Assembly (NCBI GenBank): GCA_947056845.1
Contig: CAMSCJ010000004.1
Span: forward strand, 3,148-67,147
Origin: an uncultured Mycoplasmatota bacterium
GTDB lineage: Bacteria > Bacillota_I > Bacilli_A > RF39 > UBA660
Direction of reading: 5' to 3'
Length of the DNA stretch: 64,000 nt
A program made the position numbers and the translations under genes. This document shows, piece by piece, positions 39,464 to 50,384 of the stretch (the first letter of the stretch is position 1; each line of letters begins with the position of its first letter). Under the pieces are notes generated by a model. The model did no database searches. It was not told where the DNA came from and saw only the letters and a program-made list of their open reading frames with translations.

Positions 39464-40202
39464 GTTTCATTTTTTATATTGGATAATGGCATTTATATGT
39501 AGTTTTTGCGGATTATTTAAAAATTTTTTATATTTTAGTGCGCTAATTATTATTCATGAATTTGGGCATTTTATTGGCGCTAAAATAGTAAAATGGAAGG
39601 TAAAAAAAATTATTGTTTTACCGTTTGGTGGTATTACGATTTTCGATGAATTTCTAAGTAAAAGCCTATTTGAAGAATTTATTATTCTGATATTAGGCCC
39701 ATTATTTCAAATACTATTTTATGTTATATATAATAAGATTTTTGGTTTTAACACCTTATTATACAATTATCATTATGCCTTATTATTTTTTAATATTTTG
39801 CCAGTTTACCCATTAGATGGTTATAAATTATTGAATATTTTTATTAACAAATTCTGTTCGTTTAAAATGAGTCATTTATTGACCATGACCATTTCTTCTA
39901 TAATTGCTATAGCGTTTTTTATAATAAACTTATATCAAGCTAATTTTATTATGTTATTAGCACTTATATTTTTAGTTATTAAAAATATCGAGGAATTTAT
40001 CAATCATAATTTAATTTTTAATAAATTTTTATTAGAAAGATATTTATATTCTATAAATTTAAAAAAAACGAAAATTATAAAAAGTAACAATTTTAAAAAG
40101 ATGAAGCGTGAATATAAACACATTTTTTATTATAATCATAAATATGAAACAGAAAAAACATTTTTAAAGAAAAAATTTGACATTAAGCATAAATTATGTT
40201 AG
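39450..40202 (+). CDS. spoIVFB: Pro-sigmaK processing M50 metalloprotease
   Basis: HEFGH, LPFGG, GP, FNILPVYPLDG; synteny. Confidence 0.85.
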   Translation: MIIFKFHFLYWIMAFICSFCGLFKNFLYFSALIIIHEFGHFIGAKIVKWKVKKIIVLPFGGITIFDEFLSKSLFEEFIILILGPLFQILFYVIYNKIFGFNTLLYNYHYALLFFNILPVYPLDGYKLLNIFINKFCSFKMSHLLTMTISSIIAIAFFIINLYQANFIMLLALIFLVIKNIEEFINHNLIFNKFLLERYLYSINLKKTKIIKSNNFKKMKREYKHIFYYNHKYETEKTFLKKKFDIKHKLC

Positions 40203-40205
40203 AAT
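40177..40205 (+). promoter_or_regulatory. SigA promoter of rplU operon
   Basis: TTGACA-17-TAGAAT with TG extension. Confidence 0.8.
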
Positions 40206-40212
40206 TTTATAT

Positions 40213-40286
40213 TGTGTAGAGCCTCTCTCTACAACCGCACAGAAAAGGTTTGAAACAAGGATATTTGTACCTCAATGGCGAGTCTT
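40213..40286 (+). ncRNA. Ribosomal protein L21 leader
   Basis: TGTAGAG/CTCTACA hairpin, ACCGCAC and GGCGAGTC segments, between promoter and rplU. Confidence 0.75.
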
Positions 40287-40310
40287 AGATTAATTAAAGG
40301 AGGTTAAAAA

Positions 40311-40610
40311 ATGAAAGCAGTAATTGAAACCGGAGGAAAACAATATACAGTTGAAAAAGATGCTATACTTTATGTTGAAAAATTAGATACTGAAGTTGGT
40401 AAAACTGTAAAATTTGATAAGGTTTTGATGGTTGATGACAAAGTTGGCACACCATACTTAGATGCTACTGTAACGGCAGAAGTTACAAAACATGGAAAAA
40501 ACAAAAAAATAAAAGTGTTCAAGTATAATCAAAAGAAAAATTATCACAGAACACAAGGTCATCGTCAACCATATACTCAACTTTTAATTAAACAAATTGA
40601 GTGTAAATAA
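40311..40610 (+). CDS. rplU: 50S ribosomal protein L21
   Basis: [17 protein letters not shown]. Confidence 0.97.
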   Translation: MKAVIETGGKQYTVEKDAILYVEKLDTEVGKTVKFDKVLMVDDKVGTPYLDATVTAEVTKHGKNKKIKVFKYNQKKNYHRTQGHRQPYTQLLIKQIECK

Positions 40611-40914
40611 AATGATTAAAATTGAAGTAAATTATCATAATAATCAAGTGAGTGACATTATTATAAGCGGACATTCTAACTATGATGTTATCGGGCGAGA
40701 TATTGTTTGTGCTAGTACTAGTAGTATTGCTATTACGACAATTAACGCCATTTTAACGCTTGATAACGAGGCGCTTGCTTATAATGAGAGTGATGGCTAT
40801 TTAGAAATTAAAGTAATTAAGCACAATAAATATATTGATGTTCTAATTTCTAATATGCTAAATTTATTTAAAGAATTAGAAAAAAAATATAAAAAATATA
40901 TAAATTTTAAATAA
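40597..40914 (+). CDS. prp: Ribosomal-processing cysteine protease Prp (likely start 40612)
   Basis: GHS...G.DIVCA; between rplU and rpmA. Confidence 0.92.
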   Translation: MSVNKMIKIEVNYHNNQVSDIIISGHSNYDVIGRDIVCASTSSIAITTINAILTLDNEALAYNESDGYLEIKVIKHNKYIDVLISNMLNLFKELEKKYKKYINFK

Positions 40915-40927
40915 GAGGAGGTGTATC

Positions 40928-41218
40928 ATGAATTTAATGCAATTAAACATTCAACTATTTGCGCATAAAAAAGGGCAAGGTTCAACAAAAAATGGTCGTG
41001 ATTCAATCGCTAAAAGATTGGGTGCTAAAGCTGCTGATGGTGAATATGTATCTGGCGGTTCAATTTTATATCGTCAACGTGGAACAAAAATATACCCTGG
41101 CAAGAATGTTGGAATTGGTTCAGATGATACAGTTTATGCAAAAATAGATGGTTATGTTAAATTTGAAAGAGTTGGCAAAGATAGAAAACAAGTTAGTATT
41201 TATGCTGAAAGAGTTTAG
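40928..41218 (+). CDS. rpmA: 50S ribosomal protein L27 with Prp-cleaved N-terminal extension
   Basis: [26 protein letters not shown]. Confidence 0.97.
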   Translation: MNLMQLNIQLFAHKKGQGSTKNGRDSIAKRLGAKAADGEYVSGGSILYRQRGTKIYPGKNVGIGSDDTVYAKIDGYVKFERVGKDRKQVSIYAERV

Positions 41219-41378
41219 ATTTTGATTATTCAAAATCTTTTTTGTCGGTTTCAAAAATTGGGTATTTACAAATATCAATTAATGGTATATTATTAATTTA
41301 GAGAGTAGGTGAAGAAAAACTAAAGATGATTTGTTTCATTAGGTTTTTCTTCTTTTTTGTAAAGGTGGTAAGAATTAT

Positions 41379-41903
41379 ATGAATAAAATAGAAGGAAATA
41401 TTTATACTGAAAGTTGTATTAATATTGATACTAATAAAGCGCATAATTTGCTTATTTATGAATATTCCATTAATAATAACAAAAAGCAAAAAATGTTTGT
41501 TGGTGAAATTGTTGACGATAATGTTGATACTAAAGAGTTACTTTTTTGTCTAAATAAAGTTGTCAATTGTAATGTTAATGATAGTCTTCCAATATTTGCT
41601 TGTAGTTGGATAAAATATGGCATAAATAAAAATCTATTTTTAAGTGTTAATTTTTCAAAAAAAGGATATAATTTTATATTTAATAAAGATTTAAATATTC
41701 TCAATTGTGAATTTAAAAGAGATATTTATTATTCTTCTATAGATTTTAATAATAATTTAAATGAGCAAGTCATAATTGATTATACATCAAAACGCTTTTG
41801 TTCAATTGGTGACAATCTCAATTCTTACCCGTTAGATTATTACGTAGATAGCAAAGAACATACTGAAATCAGTGGGCAAAAATGCCTTACATATCAAAAT
41901 TAA
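41379..41903 (+). CDS. Hypothetical protein
   Basis: 174-aa ORF with AAGGTGG RBS. Confidence 0.6.
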   Translation: MNKIEGNIYTESCINIDTNKAHNLLIYEYSINNNKKQKMFVGEIVDDNVDTKELLFCLNKVVNCNVNDSLPIFACSWIKYGINKNLFLSVNFSKKGYNFIFNKDLNILNCEFKRDIYYSSIDFNNNLNEQVIIDYTSKRFCSIGDNLNSYPLDYYVDSKEHTEISGQKCLTYQN

Positions 41904-41985
41904 GTTAATAGTTAAAATAATGTCAATAAAAGATATCCAACGATAAGTTAGTTGCGATATTTTTTATTTAAGTGTATAATTAATA

Positions 41986-42471
41986 ATGGTGATATTTATG
42001 TTTCAGAAAAGTTTGATTATAACTTTAGTTTGTGTTTTGATTGATCAAATTATTAAATTAATAATCATGGGTACTATGGGACTTGGTAGTAGTATTTTAG
42101 TTATTCCGAACTTTTTTTCTTTAACATACGTTGAAAATAATGGAGCTGCTTGGAGTATTTTTAGTGGCAATCGTATTCTTTTAATTTCTATCTCAGTTAT
42201 TGCTCTATTATTGGTATATTTTTATTTTATAAAAAACAAAAATATCAAAATGTTTGAACTTATTATTTATAGCATTTTGATAGGTGGAATAATGGGAAAC
42301 TTGCTTGATCGTATTAAAGTAGGATGTGTTATCGATTATTTGGATTTTAATATTTTTGGTTACAATTTTCCTGTTTTTAATTTTGCAGATATCTGCATTG
42401 TTGTTTCTGTTATAATATTATTAATTTATAGTTTCAAAGGTGAAAAATCGCATGCAAAAAATAATAGTTAA
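41986..42471 (+). CDS. lspA: Lipoprotein signal peptidase II
   Basis: DQIIK, NNGAAWS, GNLLDR, VIDY, FPVFNFAD. Confidence 0.95.
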   Translation: MVIFMFQKSLIITLVCVLIDQIIKLIIMGTMGLGSSILVIPNFFSLTYVENNGAAWSIFSGNRILLISISVIALLLVYFYFIKNKNIKMFELIIYSILIGGIMGNLLDRIKVGCVIDYLDFNIFGYNFPVFNFADICIVVSVIILLIYSFKGEKSHAKNNS

Positions 42472-43351
42472 CGAAAATAATAATTTAAGAATTGATATTT
42501 ATTTAATCGAAAAATTAAAATATTCTAGAAGCAAAATTCAAAAAATGTTACAAGATAATTATATAACTGTTAATAACAAAACTGTAAAAAATAGTTATCT
42601 ATTAAAAGAAAATGACATTATTACAATACAAGATTATATTGAAGAATTACCAAATATTTCACCAGAAAATATGAATTTAGATATTATTTATGAAGATGAT
42701 GATGTTATTGTTATTAATAAAGAAAATGGCATTGTTGTGCATCCAGCTGTTGGCAATAGTAGCCATACATTAGTAAATGGTTTAATGTTTCACTCTAAAA
42801 AACTTAGTGATATAAATGGCGAATTTAGGCCAGGTATTGTTCATAGAATCGATGCTTTCACAACTGGATTACTGATGGTTGCTAAAAACAATTTTGCCCA
42901 TGAATTTTTAGCCAAACAACTAGAGGAAAAAAAGACTGTTAGAAAATATATAGCTTTAGTTTGGGGGAAAATTGAAACAGATACTGGAACAGTTGACGCT
43001 CCAATTGGAAGAGATAAAAAAGACCGCAAAAAAATGGCTGTGACTGATCAAAATAGCAAAAAAGCCATAACTCACTTTAAAGTTTTAAAAAGATTTTCTA
43101 ATGCTAGTTTAATTGAATTACAACTAGAAACAGGCAGAACACACCAAATTCGCGTCCACATGCATTATATTGGGCATCCTGTTGTTAATGATCCTGTTTA
43201 TGGTAAAAGAAAATTATTAGATGATAGTGGTCAATGTTTGCATGCAAAAGTTTTAGGTTTTATTCATCCAAGAACTTTAAAATATATGGAATTTGAGAGT
43301 GAATTACCAACATGTTTTAACAAAATTTTAAATCAATTTATAGATAATTAG
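42440..43351 (+). CDS. rluD: RluA/RluD family pseudouridine synthase
   Basis: S4 domain, RPGIVHRID..TTG, LETGRTHQIRVH. Confidence 0.92.
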   Translation: MKNRMQKIIVNENNNLRIDIYLIEKLKYSRSKIQKMLQDNYITVNNKTVKNSYLLKENDIITIQDYIEELPNISPENMNLDIIYEDDDVIVINKENGIVVHPAVGNSSHTLVNGLMFHSKKLSDINGEFRPGIVHRIDAFTTGLLMVAKNNFAHEFLAKQLEEKKTVRKYIALVWGKIETDTGTVDAPIGRDKKDRKKMAVTDQNSKKAITHFKVLKRFSNASLIELQLETGRTHQIRVHMHYIGHPVVNDPVYGKRKLLDDSGQCLHAKVLGFIHPRTLKYMEFESELPTCFNKILNQFIDN

Positions 43352-43360
43352 GAGGCTTAT

Positions 43361-44536
43361 ATGGAAACAATGGTTAATGAATTAGATGAAAAAGTTATGA
43401 AATTATTACATTTTTTTATAACTGTGCAAGGGTATAATCCTATTATTTTGCGTGGTGCTAAAAATGAAATTTGGTTAGAAAATTTGGATTCTGACTATGG
43501 AATTGTTAGAATTGTAACTAATTATATTCATAATGACGAACAATTTGATTTTGATTTATTTAAAACAAATCAAATTATGAAAAAAATCAAGAAAAAAACA
43601 TTATCGGTTAATTTAAAAACATTAAGTATCTTTTTAAATTTAGGTGATAATGTAGCTGAACTAAAAGAAAATCAATATAATTTCGGAAATATTGACTGCA
43701 TTAAAATAAATGAAATTGATGATTTAAATAATTATAAATTTTTAACTAGTATATTTCCTGATATATCAGTATCTACCAAATTTAAGGAGCAAGGAACTGA
43801 ACTATTCTTAAAAATAACTCAGGATATCAATAAAAAAAATGAAAAAGAAACCAAGCAAGCAGAAGAATTATTTAAAATGAGAAAGCCAATAATAACTTAT
43901 ATATTAATATTAATTAACCTTTTAATTTTCCTATTAATGTATATTTTCGGGAAAGGTAGTACTAATGCCCAAACTTTGGTTGATTTTGGTGGTCTAGTCC
44001 CAGGATATGTTAATGGCACTTATGGAAGTTATGAGTTATACCGCTTTATTACCTCAATCTTTTTACATAATGGTATTGCACATTTAGTATTTAATATGTA
44101 TGCTCTTTATATTTTAGGGCCACAATTAGAAAGCTTTTTTGGCAAAACCAAATTTGTAATTATTTATCTTGTTAGTGGAATTGCCGGAAATTTATTAAGC
44201 TTATTATTTTTATCAACCAACACCGTTAGTGTAGGGGCAAGTGGCGCAATATTTGGTCTTATGGGCGCTTTATTATACTTTGGATATCATTACCGAGTAT
44301 ATCTTGGAACAGTTATTAAATCACAAATAATCCCTATCATTATTTTAAATCTTATATTAGGATTTATGTCAACAGGTATTAATAATTTTGCGCATATTGG
44401 TGGTTTAGTTGGTGGTATTTTAATATCAATGATGTTAGGAGTTAAGTATAAATCAAAATTATCAGATAAAATAAATGGTATTATTATGTCAATAATTTAT
44501 TTTGGTTTTATGATTTATATGGGATTTTTTAAATAA
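43361..44536 (+). CDS. Rhomboid intramembrane serine protease with N-terminal soluble domain
   Basis: H...HLVFNM, GASGAIFG, AHIGG. Confidence 0.92.
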   Translation: METMVNELDEKVMKLLHFFITVQGYNPIILRGAKNEIWLENLDSDYGIVRIVTNYIHNDEQFDFDLFKTNQIMKKIKKKTLSVNLKTLSIFLNLGDNVAELKENQYNFGNIDCIKINEIDDLNNYKFLTSIFPDISVSTKFKEQGTELFLKITQDINKKNEKETKQAEELFKMRKPIITYILILINLLIFLLMYIFGKGSTNAQTLVDFGGLVPGYVNGTYGSYELYRFITSIFLHNGIAHLVFNMYALYILGPQLESFFGKTKFVIIYLVSGIAGNLLSLLFLSTNTVSVGASGAIFGLMGALLYFGYHYRVYLGTVIKSQIIPIIILNLILGFMSTGINNFAHIGGLVGGILISMMLGVKYKSKLSDKINGIIMSIIYFGFMIYMGFFK

Positions 44537-45151
44537 ATGAACTATCAATTAAAATTAGAAGAAATAATTGAAGAAAATCAAAATAATAATTATATTCCAT
44601 CACTTTTACTGCATAGTTGTTGTGCACCATGTAGTAGTTACTGCTTAGAATATCTATCAAATTTTTTTAAAATAACTATTTTTTACTACAATCCCAATAT
44701 AACAGAAAAAGAAGAGTATTTAAAAAGAGTAACTGAACAGCAAAGATTAATAAGTGAACTGCCACAAAAAAATAAAATAAAATTTATAGAGGGAAACTAT
44801 AATCCTGATTTATTTTTTGATATTTCTAAAGGTTTAGAGCGTGAACCCGAAAAAGGTAAACGTTGCTTTAGGTGTTATGAACTTAGAATGCGGGAAACAG
44901 CGCTAATTGCGAAAAAAAATAACTTTGATTATTTTGCTACAACTTTAACTTTAAGTCCTTATAAAAATGCCAATTGGGTTAATGAAATAGGTGAGAAGTT
45001 AGAAAGTGAATTAAATATAAAATATTTATATTCTGATTTTAAAAAGAAAAATGGATATAAAAGATCAATTGAGTTATCAAAAATATACAATTTATATAGA
45101 CAAGATTATTGTGGTTGTATTTATTCTAAACAAAATAAAACTAAAGATTAA
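44537..45151 (+). CDS. queH: Epoxyqueuosine reductase QueH
   Basis: LHSCCAPCS, YNPNI, RCFRCY, YRQDYCGC. Confidence 0.92.
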   Translation: MNYQLKLEEIIEENQNNNYIPSLLLHSCCAPCSSYCLEYLSNFFKITIFYYNPNITEKEEYLKRVTEQQRLISELPQKNKIKFIEGNYNPDLFFDISKGLEREPEKGKRCFRCYELRMRETALIAKKNNFDYFATTLTLSPYKNANWVNEIGEKLESELNIKYLYSDFKKKNGYKRSIELSKIYNLYRQDYCGCIYSKQNKTKD

Positions 45152-46104
45152 TTTTGAATCTTTAGTTTTTCTTTTATTTTTTCAGTATTTTTAAAACTTA
45201 ATTTAGCAATTTCATTTAATTTTTCAAAGCCGTATTTTTGAACAATTTTAACACCTACATCATCAACACTATTTGATGCTCCTTTAGGAAGTAATATGCC
45301 TAAATCTTTACTAATTTTAGAAAATTCTTTAATAAAAATATAGCGACTTATAATTGAAGCACAAGCAACCGATAAACATTTATCTTCGGCCTTAGTCATA
45401 AATGTAATATTTCTTACAACATTAGGAATACCTTTTAAATAATTAAAATAAACATAAGGTTTAGCAAATTCATCTACAACAACATAATCATATTTTTTTT
45501 CTTCATTAGTTAATTTTGTCAAAACTTTATTATGTAAAATTGCTTTAATTTTGTTCATATTAATATCAGTAGAATATTTTTGATTATATTCTTTATTAGA
45601 AAATACTATACTCTGATATTTAATTCTTTTTAGTATTTTAGGTACAATCGTTAATATTTTTTCATCAGTTAATTTTTTAGAATCTCTAACACCTAATGCT
45701 TCTAAAAAAGGGATATCTTCTTTTGTTACATAGGCACTTGTTACAACAATAGGCCCAAAATAGTCTCCCGTTCCAACTTCATCAGAACCAATAGTATTAG
45801 CATAATAAATTTTAGGATTAATTTTATTTTCCTGTTTTTCCTTTTTTTCTTTTTGCTCACTATTAGTAGTTTCTATTTTTTTTAGGGGATTTAAATGTCT
45901 TTCTCTTTCAATCCACATTTGGGCTGATATATCAGCACTAATTCCCTGAAAAACCGCTTTTCCAGATTCATAAAGAGTTACAACAGTATCAGCATCATCA
46001 GCTTGAAAAACAGCATAAGCAGGGGTTTTAGGACGTTTAAAGTCTTCAAAGAATTCAATCATTTCTTGTTTGGTATTATCACTTACCTTTACAGTTATTG
46101 TCAT
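45148..46104 (-). CDS. rnhC: Ribonuclease HIII
   Basis: N-terminal TBP-like domain, GSDEVGTGDYFGP, DSKKL, VACASIISR. Confidence 0.95.
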   Translation of the reverse strand: MTITVKVSDNTKQEMIEFFEDFKRPKTPAYAVFQADDADTVVTLYESGKAVFQGISADISAQMWIERERHLNPLKKIETTNSEQKEKKEKQENKINPKIYYANTIGSDEVGTGDYFGPIVVTSAYVTKEDIPFLEALGVRDSKKLTDEKILTIVPKILKRIKYQSIVFSNKEYNQKYSTDINMNKIKAILHNKVLTKLTNEEKKYDYVVVDEFAKPYVYFNYLKGIPNVVRNITFMTKAEDKCLSVACASIISRYIFIKEFSKISKDLGILLPKGASNSVDDVGVKIVQKYGFEKLNEIAKLSFKNTEKIKEKLKIQN

Positions 46105-46203
46105 AACTTCACCTCTAAATTATTGTAACACGAGTTAGTCAAAAAAGAAAACACTTTCTTTTTATAGTTTTTTATAATATAATTATAATGGAGGGGAAAA
46201 CAA

Positions 46204-46917
46204 ATGAATATAGTTGATATTATTATCATTTTAATCATTATTTCAGGGTTGGTTTTAGGTTTCAAGCGAGGACTAACTAGAGAAGTCGTCCATTTTGCCA
46301 AATTTGCACTTGCTTTAGTTATAGCTTTTTTACTTAAAAATCCTTTATCAAAAATAATGTATGAACATTTACCATTTTTTGAATTTGGTGGAATTTTTAA
46401 AGGAGTAACTGCACTTAATATCATTTTATATGAATTTATAGCTTTTTTACTTGTTCTAGGAATAATTATGATTATTTTTAGGATACTATTATTAGCAACT
46501 GCCATTTTTGAAAAAATCTTAAATACAACCGTTATTTTAAGTTTACCAAGTAAATTATTAGGAATGATTGTAGGAGGAATTCATTATTATTTGATTACCT
46601 TTATTGTACTATTTATTGTGACTTTACCATTTTTTAAACTAAATGATGTTTTAATTGGTTCTAAATTAAGAGATCCAATTTTAAATAAAACACCAATTTT
46701 ATCTGGATTAGTTGATAAAACCGTTAGTATTATTGATGAATTCAACGAATTAGGTAAAAAATACAAAACAGAAAGTGATAACGATAAGTTTAATTTAGAA
46801 ACAATTGATTTATTTCTAAAATATAATATTATAACTGTTGAAGCAGTTGAAACATTAAATTCTAAGGATAAATTGCAAATAGATAATCTTGAGAATGTTT
46901 TAGATAAATATAGATAG
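46204..46917 (+). CDS. CvpA family (colicin V production) membrane protein
   Basis: D.II...GFKRGL; divergent from rnhC. Confidence 0.85.
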   Translation: MNIVDIIIILIIISGLVLGFKRGLTREVVHFAKFALALVIAFLLKNPLSKIMYEHLPFFEFGGIFKGVTALNIILYEFIAFLLVLGIIMIIFRILLLATAIFEKILNTTVILSLPSKLLGMIVGGIHYYLITFIVLFIVTLPFFKLNDVLIGSKLRDPILNKTPILSGLVDKTVSIIDEFNELGKKYKTESDNDKFNLETIDLFLKYNIITVEAVETLNSKDKLQIDNLENVLDKYR

Positions 46918-46927
46918 GAGAATTAGT

Positions 46928-47239
46928 ATGGAAATAATACATGGAAGTGAAGATAATTTTGATAATTTAATTAATAATGGTATTGTTTTAGTAGATTTTT
47001 ATGCTGATTGGTGTGGACCTTGTCGAATGTTAGCAACCCAGTTAGAGGCTTTAACTAATGAACGAAATGAAGGGAAAATTGTTAAAATTAATGTCGATGA
47101 AGCTCAAGAGCTTGCCAAAAAATATGGAATTATGAGTATTCCAGCCTTAATGTTATTTAAAGATGGAAAATTGATTGATAATAAACTAGGATATATGCCA
47201 AAAGAATTAATTACAAATTGGCTTGAAGAAAATAAATAA
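46928..47239 (+). CDS. trxA: Thioredoxin
   Basis: DFYADWCGPCR, SIP. Confidence 0.95.
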   Translation: MEIIHGSEDNFDNLINNGIVLVDFYADWCGPCRMLATQLEALTNERNEGKIVKINVDEAQELAKKYGIMSIPALMLFKDGKLIDNKLGYMPKELITNWLEENK

Positions 47240-47261
47240 AATATTATTTGGAGTGATTTAA

Positions 47262-47771
47262 ATGAGAAAAAATGCTTTTACTTTAGTAGAGTTATTAGCC
47301 ATTATATCCTTATTAGGATTAATTGCTTTAATTGCTATTCCTGTTATAACAAATACGATGTCAAAACAAAAAGAAAAATTATATTATGATCAATTAAAAC
47401 AACTAATTTTAGCAGCTCAAAATTGGGGAACAGACAATATAGAAGTTTTAAGTACACTAAATAATAAATGTAGCAACGATTACACCATAACATTAACGCA
47501 ATTAAGGAATAATACTAGTAATACAAATAATGCTGAAGAATTTGTATCATATTTAGATAAGGATTTCATTAATCCTAAAACAAACGAAAACTTCTTAGAT
47601 AGTGAAATTTCTATCAAAGTGTATAAAGATAATAAAAGTTATATATATTGTATTCAATCAAGTGATTGTATGAACACAAAAAATGATGAATATAAAAATA
47701 TCGCCGATAGTATATGCTGTGATGGTAATACTATCAAACAAAGAGTAAATGCTTGTATATTAAATAAATAA
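47262..47771 (+). CDS. Type IV pilin-like protein
   Basis: Class III signal MRKNA/FTLVELLAII. Confidence 0.85.
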   Translation: MRKNAFTLVELLAIISLLGLIALIAIPVITNTMSKQKEKLYYDQLKQLILAAQNWGTDNIEVLSTLNNKCSNDYTITLTQLRNNTSNTNNAEEFVSYLDKDFINPKTNENFLDSEISIKVYKDNKSYIYCIQSSDCMNTKNDEYKNIADSICCDGNTIKQRVNACILNK

Positions 47772-47831
47772 TATTATAAAAAAACAAATATCCTTCGTGA
47801 CTTATTTGTTTTTTTTTGATAAAATGATATT

Positions 47832-50384
47832 GTGGTGATAAATGTGAAAATAAGTGAAGTTAACATAAATAAAGTAACGCCAATGATGCAACAATACATT
47901 GAAATAAAAAAAGCAAATCCTGATATTATTATTTTTTTCCGTTTGGGTGATTTTTATGAAATGTTTTTTGAAGACGCTATCAATGTGTCAAGAGAACTAG
48001 AGTTAACATTAACTGGTAAAAATGCTGGACTAGATGAAAAAATCCCTATGTGTGGTATTCCACATCATGCAGCCAATATTTATATTGAAAAATTAGTAGA
48101 AAAAGGCTACAGAGTTGGTATTTGCGAGCAGTTAGAAGACCCAAAAGTAGCTAAGGGAATCGTTAAAAGAGATTTAATACAAATTGTAAGTAAAGGGACT
48201 ATAATCGATAACGAAGTTCTAAATGAAAAAGATAATAATTATATTGGGAACATTATTGATTTTGACCATGCTTATGGCATTAGCTATGCTGATATATCAA
48301 CTGGTGAAATCTATGTTTTTTTAAGTGAACACAGCATAACTAAAGTAATTAGTGAAATTGTAAGCATTGGTATTAAAGAAATCATTGCCACTTCCAAGAT
48401 TGATGCAACTATAATATCACTTTTAAAAAATCAATTTAAAGTAACAACAACAATTAGTGATAATGTTATTGAAAATAATGAGTACAATTATGTTTATGAA
48501 AATATTGGCGATATGCGATATATTGAAACAATCAAACATCTATTAACTTATATAACGGAAACCCAAAAACGCAATCTTTCACATTTACAAGAAGCGATTA
48601 TAAAAGAAAATAAAAATTATTTAAAAATGGATATTCATACTAAAAGAAATTTGGAATTAACAGAAACATTAAGATTAAAACAGCGAAATTACTCTCTTAT
48701 TTGGTTATTAGATAAAACTAAAACAGCGATGGGTTCTAGAATGCTCAAAAATTTTATTGAAAACCCATTAATTAATAAAGATGAAATCAATAGAAGACTA
48801 GATACTGTTGAAACACTTTTAAAAGAATTCATTTTAAAAAGTGACTTACAAGAACTATTATTTGAAGTTTATGATATTGAACGATTAAGCGGTCGTATTG
48901 CTTTTGGAAATGCTAATGCTAGAGATTTATTACAATTAAAAAATTCTCTAAAAGTTTTACCACAAATTAAAGATATTTTAACTAAAATTAATTTTTATAA
49001 AAATATTGAAGAAATACCAGAATTATATGATTTGCTAGAAAAAAGTATTTATGAAAACCCACCTATAACTTTAAAAGAAGGTTATTTAATTAAAGAAGGA
49101 TTTAATAGTGAATTAGATGAACTAAAAAGTTTAAGAAAAGGTGGTAAAGACTTTGTTGCCCGTTTTGAAGCTTCAGAAAGAGAAAAGACAGGAATCAAAA
49201 ATTTGCGAGTTGGTTATAATCGTGTCTTTGGTTATTATATTGAAATATCAAAAGGTAATACTAATTTAGTTAAAGAAGAGTATGGTTATGAAAGACGTCA
49301 AACACTTGCAAATTGTGAAAGATATATAAGTCCAATCTTAAAAGAAAAAGAAGATTTAATTTTAAATGCTGAAGAAAAAATCATTAATTTAGAATACGAA
49401 ATTTTCACAACTATTAGAGAAAAAATTAAAGAATACATTCCAAAATTACAAAATATAGCTAAAGTAATTAGTGAAATTGATGTTCTACAATCATTTGCAA
49501 CAATTACAGAAGAAAACAATTATGTAAGACCTATAATTAGTGAAACAAAAGAAATCTGTATTATCAATGACCGGCACCCAGTTATTGAAAAAGTTATTAA
49601 TGATGAATATGTTCCAAATGATATTATTATGGACGAAAATACTAATATTTTGTTAATAACTGGACCTAATATGGCTGGTAAATCTACTTATATGCGTCAG
49701 CTAGCTATCAGTGTTATTATGACTCAAATTGGTTGTTTTGTACCAGCTAATAAAGCTAAATTACCAATTTTTGATGCCATATATACAAGAATTGGCGCTA
49801 GTGATGACTTAGTAAGTGGTGAATCAACCTTTATGGTTGAAATGAATGAGGCTAATTATGCCATTAGTAGTGCTACTGAAAATAGTTTAGTCTTATTTGA
49901 TGAATTAGGGCGTGGAACTGCAACTTTTGATGGTATGGCTTTAGCACAAGCCATTATTGAGCATATTCATGATAAAATTAAATGCAAAACTTTATTTTCT
50001 ACCCATTATCATGAATTAACAGATTTAGAAAATAATTTAGCTAATTTAAAAAATATTCATGTAAGTGCAATTGAGGAAAATGGTAATTTAACTTTTTTAC
50101 ATAAAATTGAAATTGGTAGTGTTGATAAAAGCTATGGTATTCATGTTGCAAAACTTGCAGAACTTCCAGATAGTTTGATTAAAAGAGCTGATCAGATTTT
50201 AAAAATATATGAAAATAAAGAAAGAAAAAGAGATATAAAGATTCAAGAGTCATTACCAATTGATGATTTAATTAGTGAATCAAAAAATGAAATAGAAGAA
50301 GAAATAAAAAATATCAATCCTCTAGAAATAACGCCTATTGAAGCTATGAATATTTTATATCGACTAAAAGAAAAGGTGAAATAA
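47832..50384 (+). CDS. mutS: DNA mismatch repair protein MutS
   Basis: TPMMQQY, FRLGDFYEMF, GPNMAGKSTYMRQ, STFMVEM, DELGRGT. Confidence 0.97.
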   Translation: MVINVKISEVNINKVTPMMQQYIEIKKANPDIIIFFRLGDFYEMFFEDAINVSRELELTLTGKNAGLDEKIPMCGIPHHAANIYIEKLVEKGYRVGICEQLEDPKVAKGIVKRDLIQIVSKGTIIDNEVLNEKDNNYIGNIIDFDHAYGISYADISTGEIYVFLSEHSITKVISEIVSIGIKEIIATSKIDATIISLLKNQFKVTTTISDNVIENNEYNYVYENIGDMRYIETIKHLLTYITETQKRNLSHLQEAIIKENKNYLKMDIHTKRNLELTETLRLKQRNYSLIWLLDKTKTAMGSRMLKNFIENPLINKDEINRRLDTVETLLKEFILKSDLQELLFEVYDIERLSGRIAFGNANARDLLQLKNSLKVLPQIKDILTKINFYKNIEEIPELYDLLEKSIYENPPITLKEGYLIKEGFNSELDELKSLRKGGKDFVARFEASEREKTGIKNLRVGYNRVFGYYIEISKGNTNLVKEEYGYERRQTLANCERYISPILKEKEDLILNAEEKIINLEYEIFTTIREKIKEYIPKLQNIAKVISEIDVLQSFATITEENNYVRPIISETKEICIINDRHPVIEKVINDEYVPNDIIMDENTNILLITGPNMAGKSTYMRQLAISVIMTQIGCFVPANKAKLPIFDAIYTRIGASDDLVSGESTFMVEMNEANYAISSATENSLVLFDELGRGTATFDGMALAQAIIEHIHDKIKCKTLFSTHYHELTDLENNLANLKNIHVSAIEENGNLTFLHKIEIGSVDKSYGIHVAKLAELPDSLIKRADQILKIYENKERKRDIKIQESLPIDDLISESKNEIEEEIKNINPLEITPIEAMNILYRLKEKVK

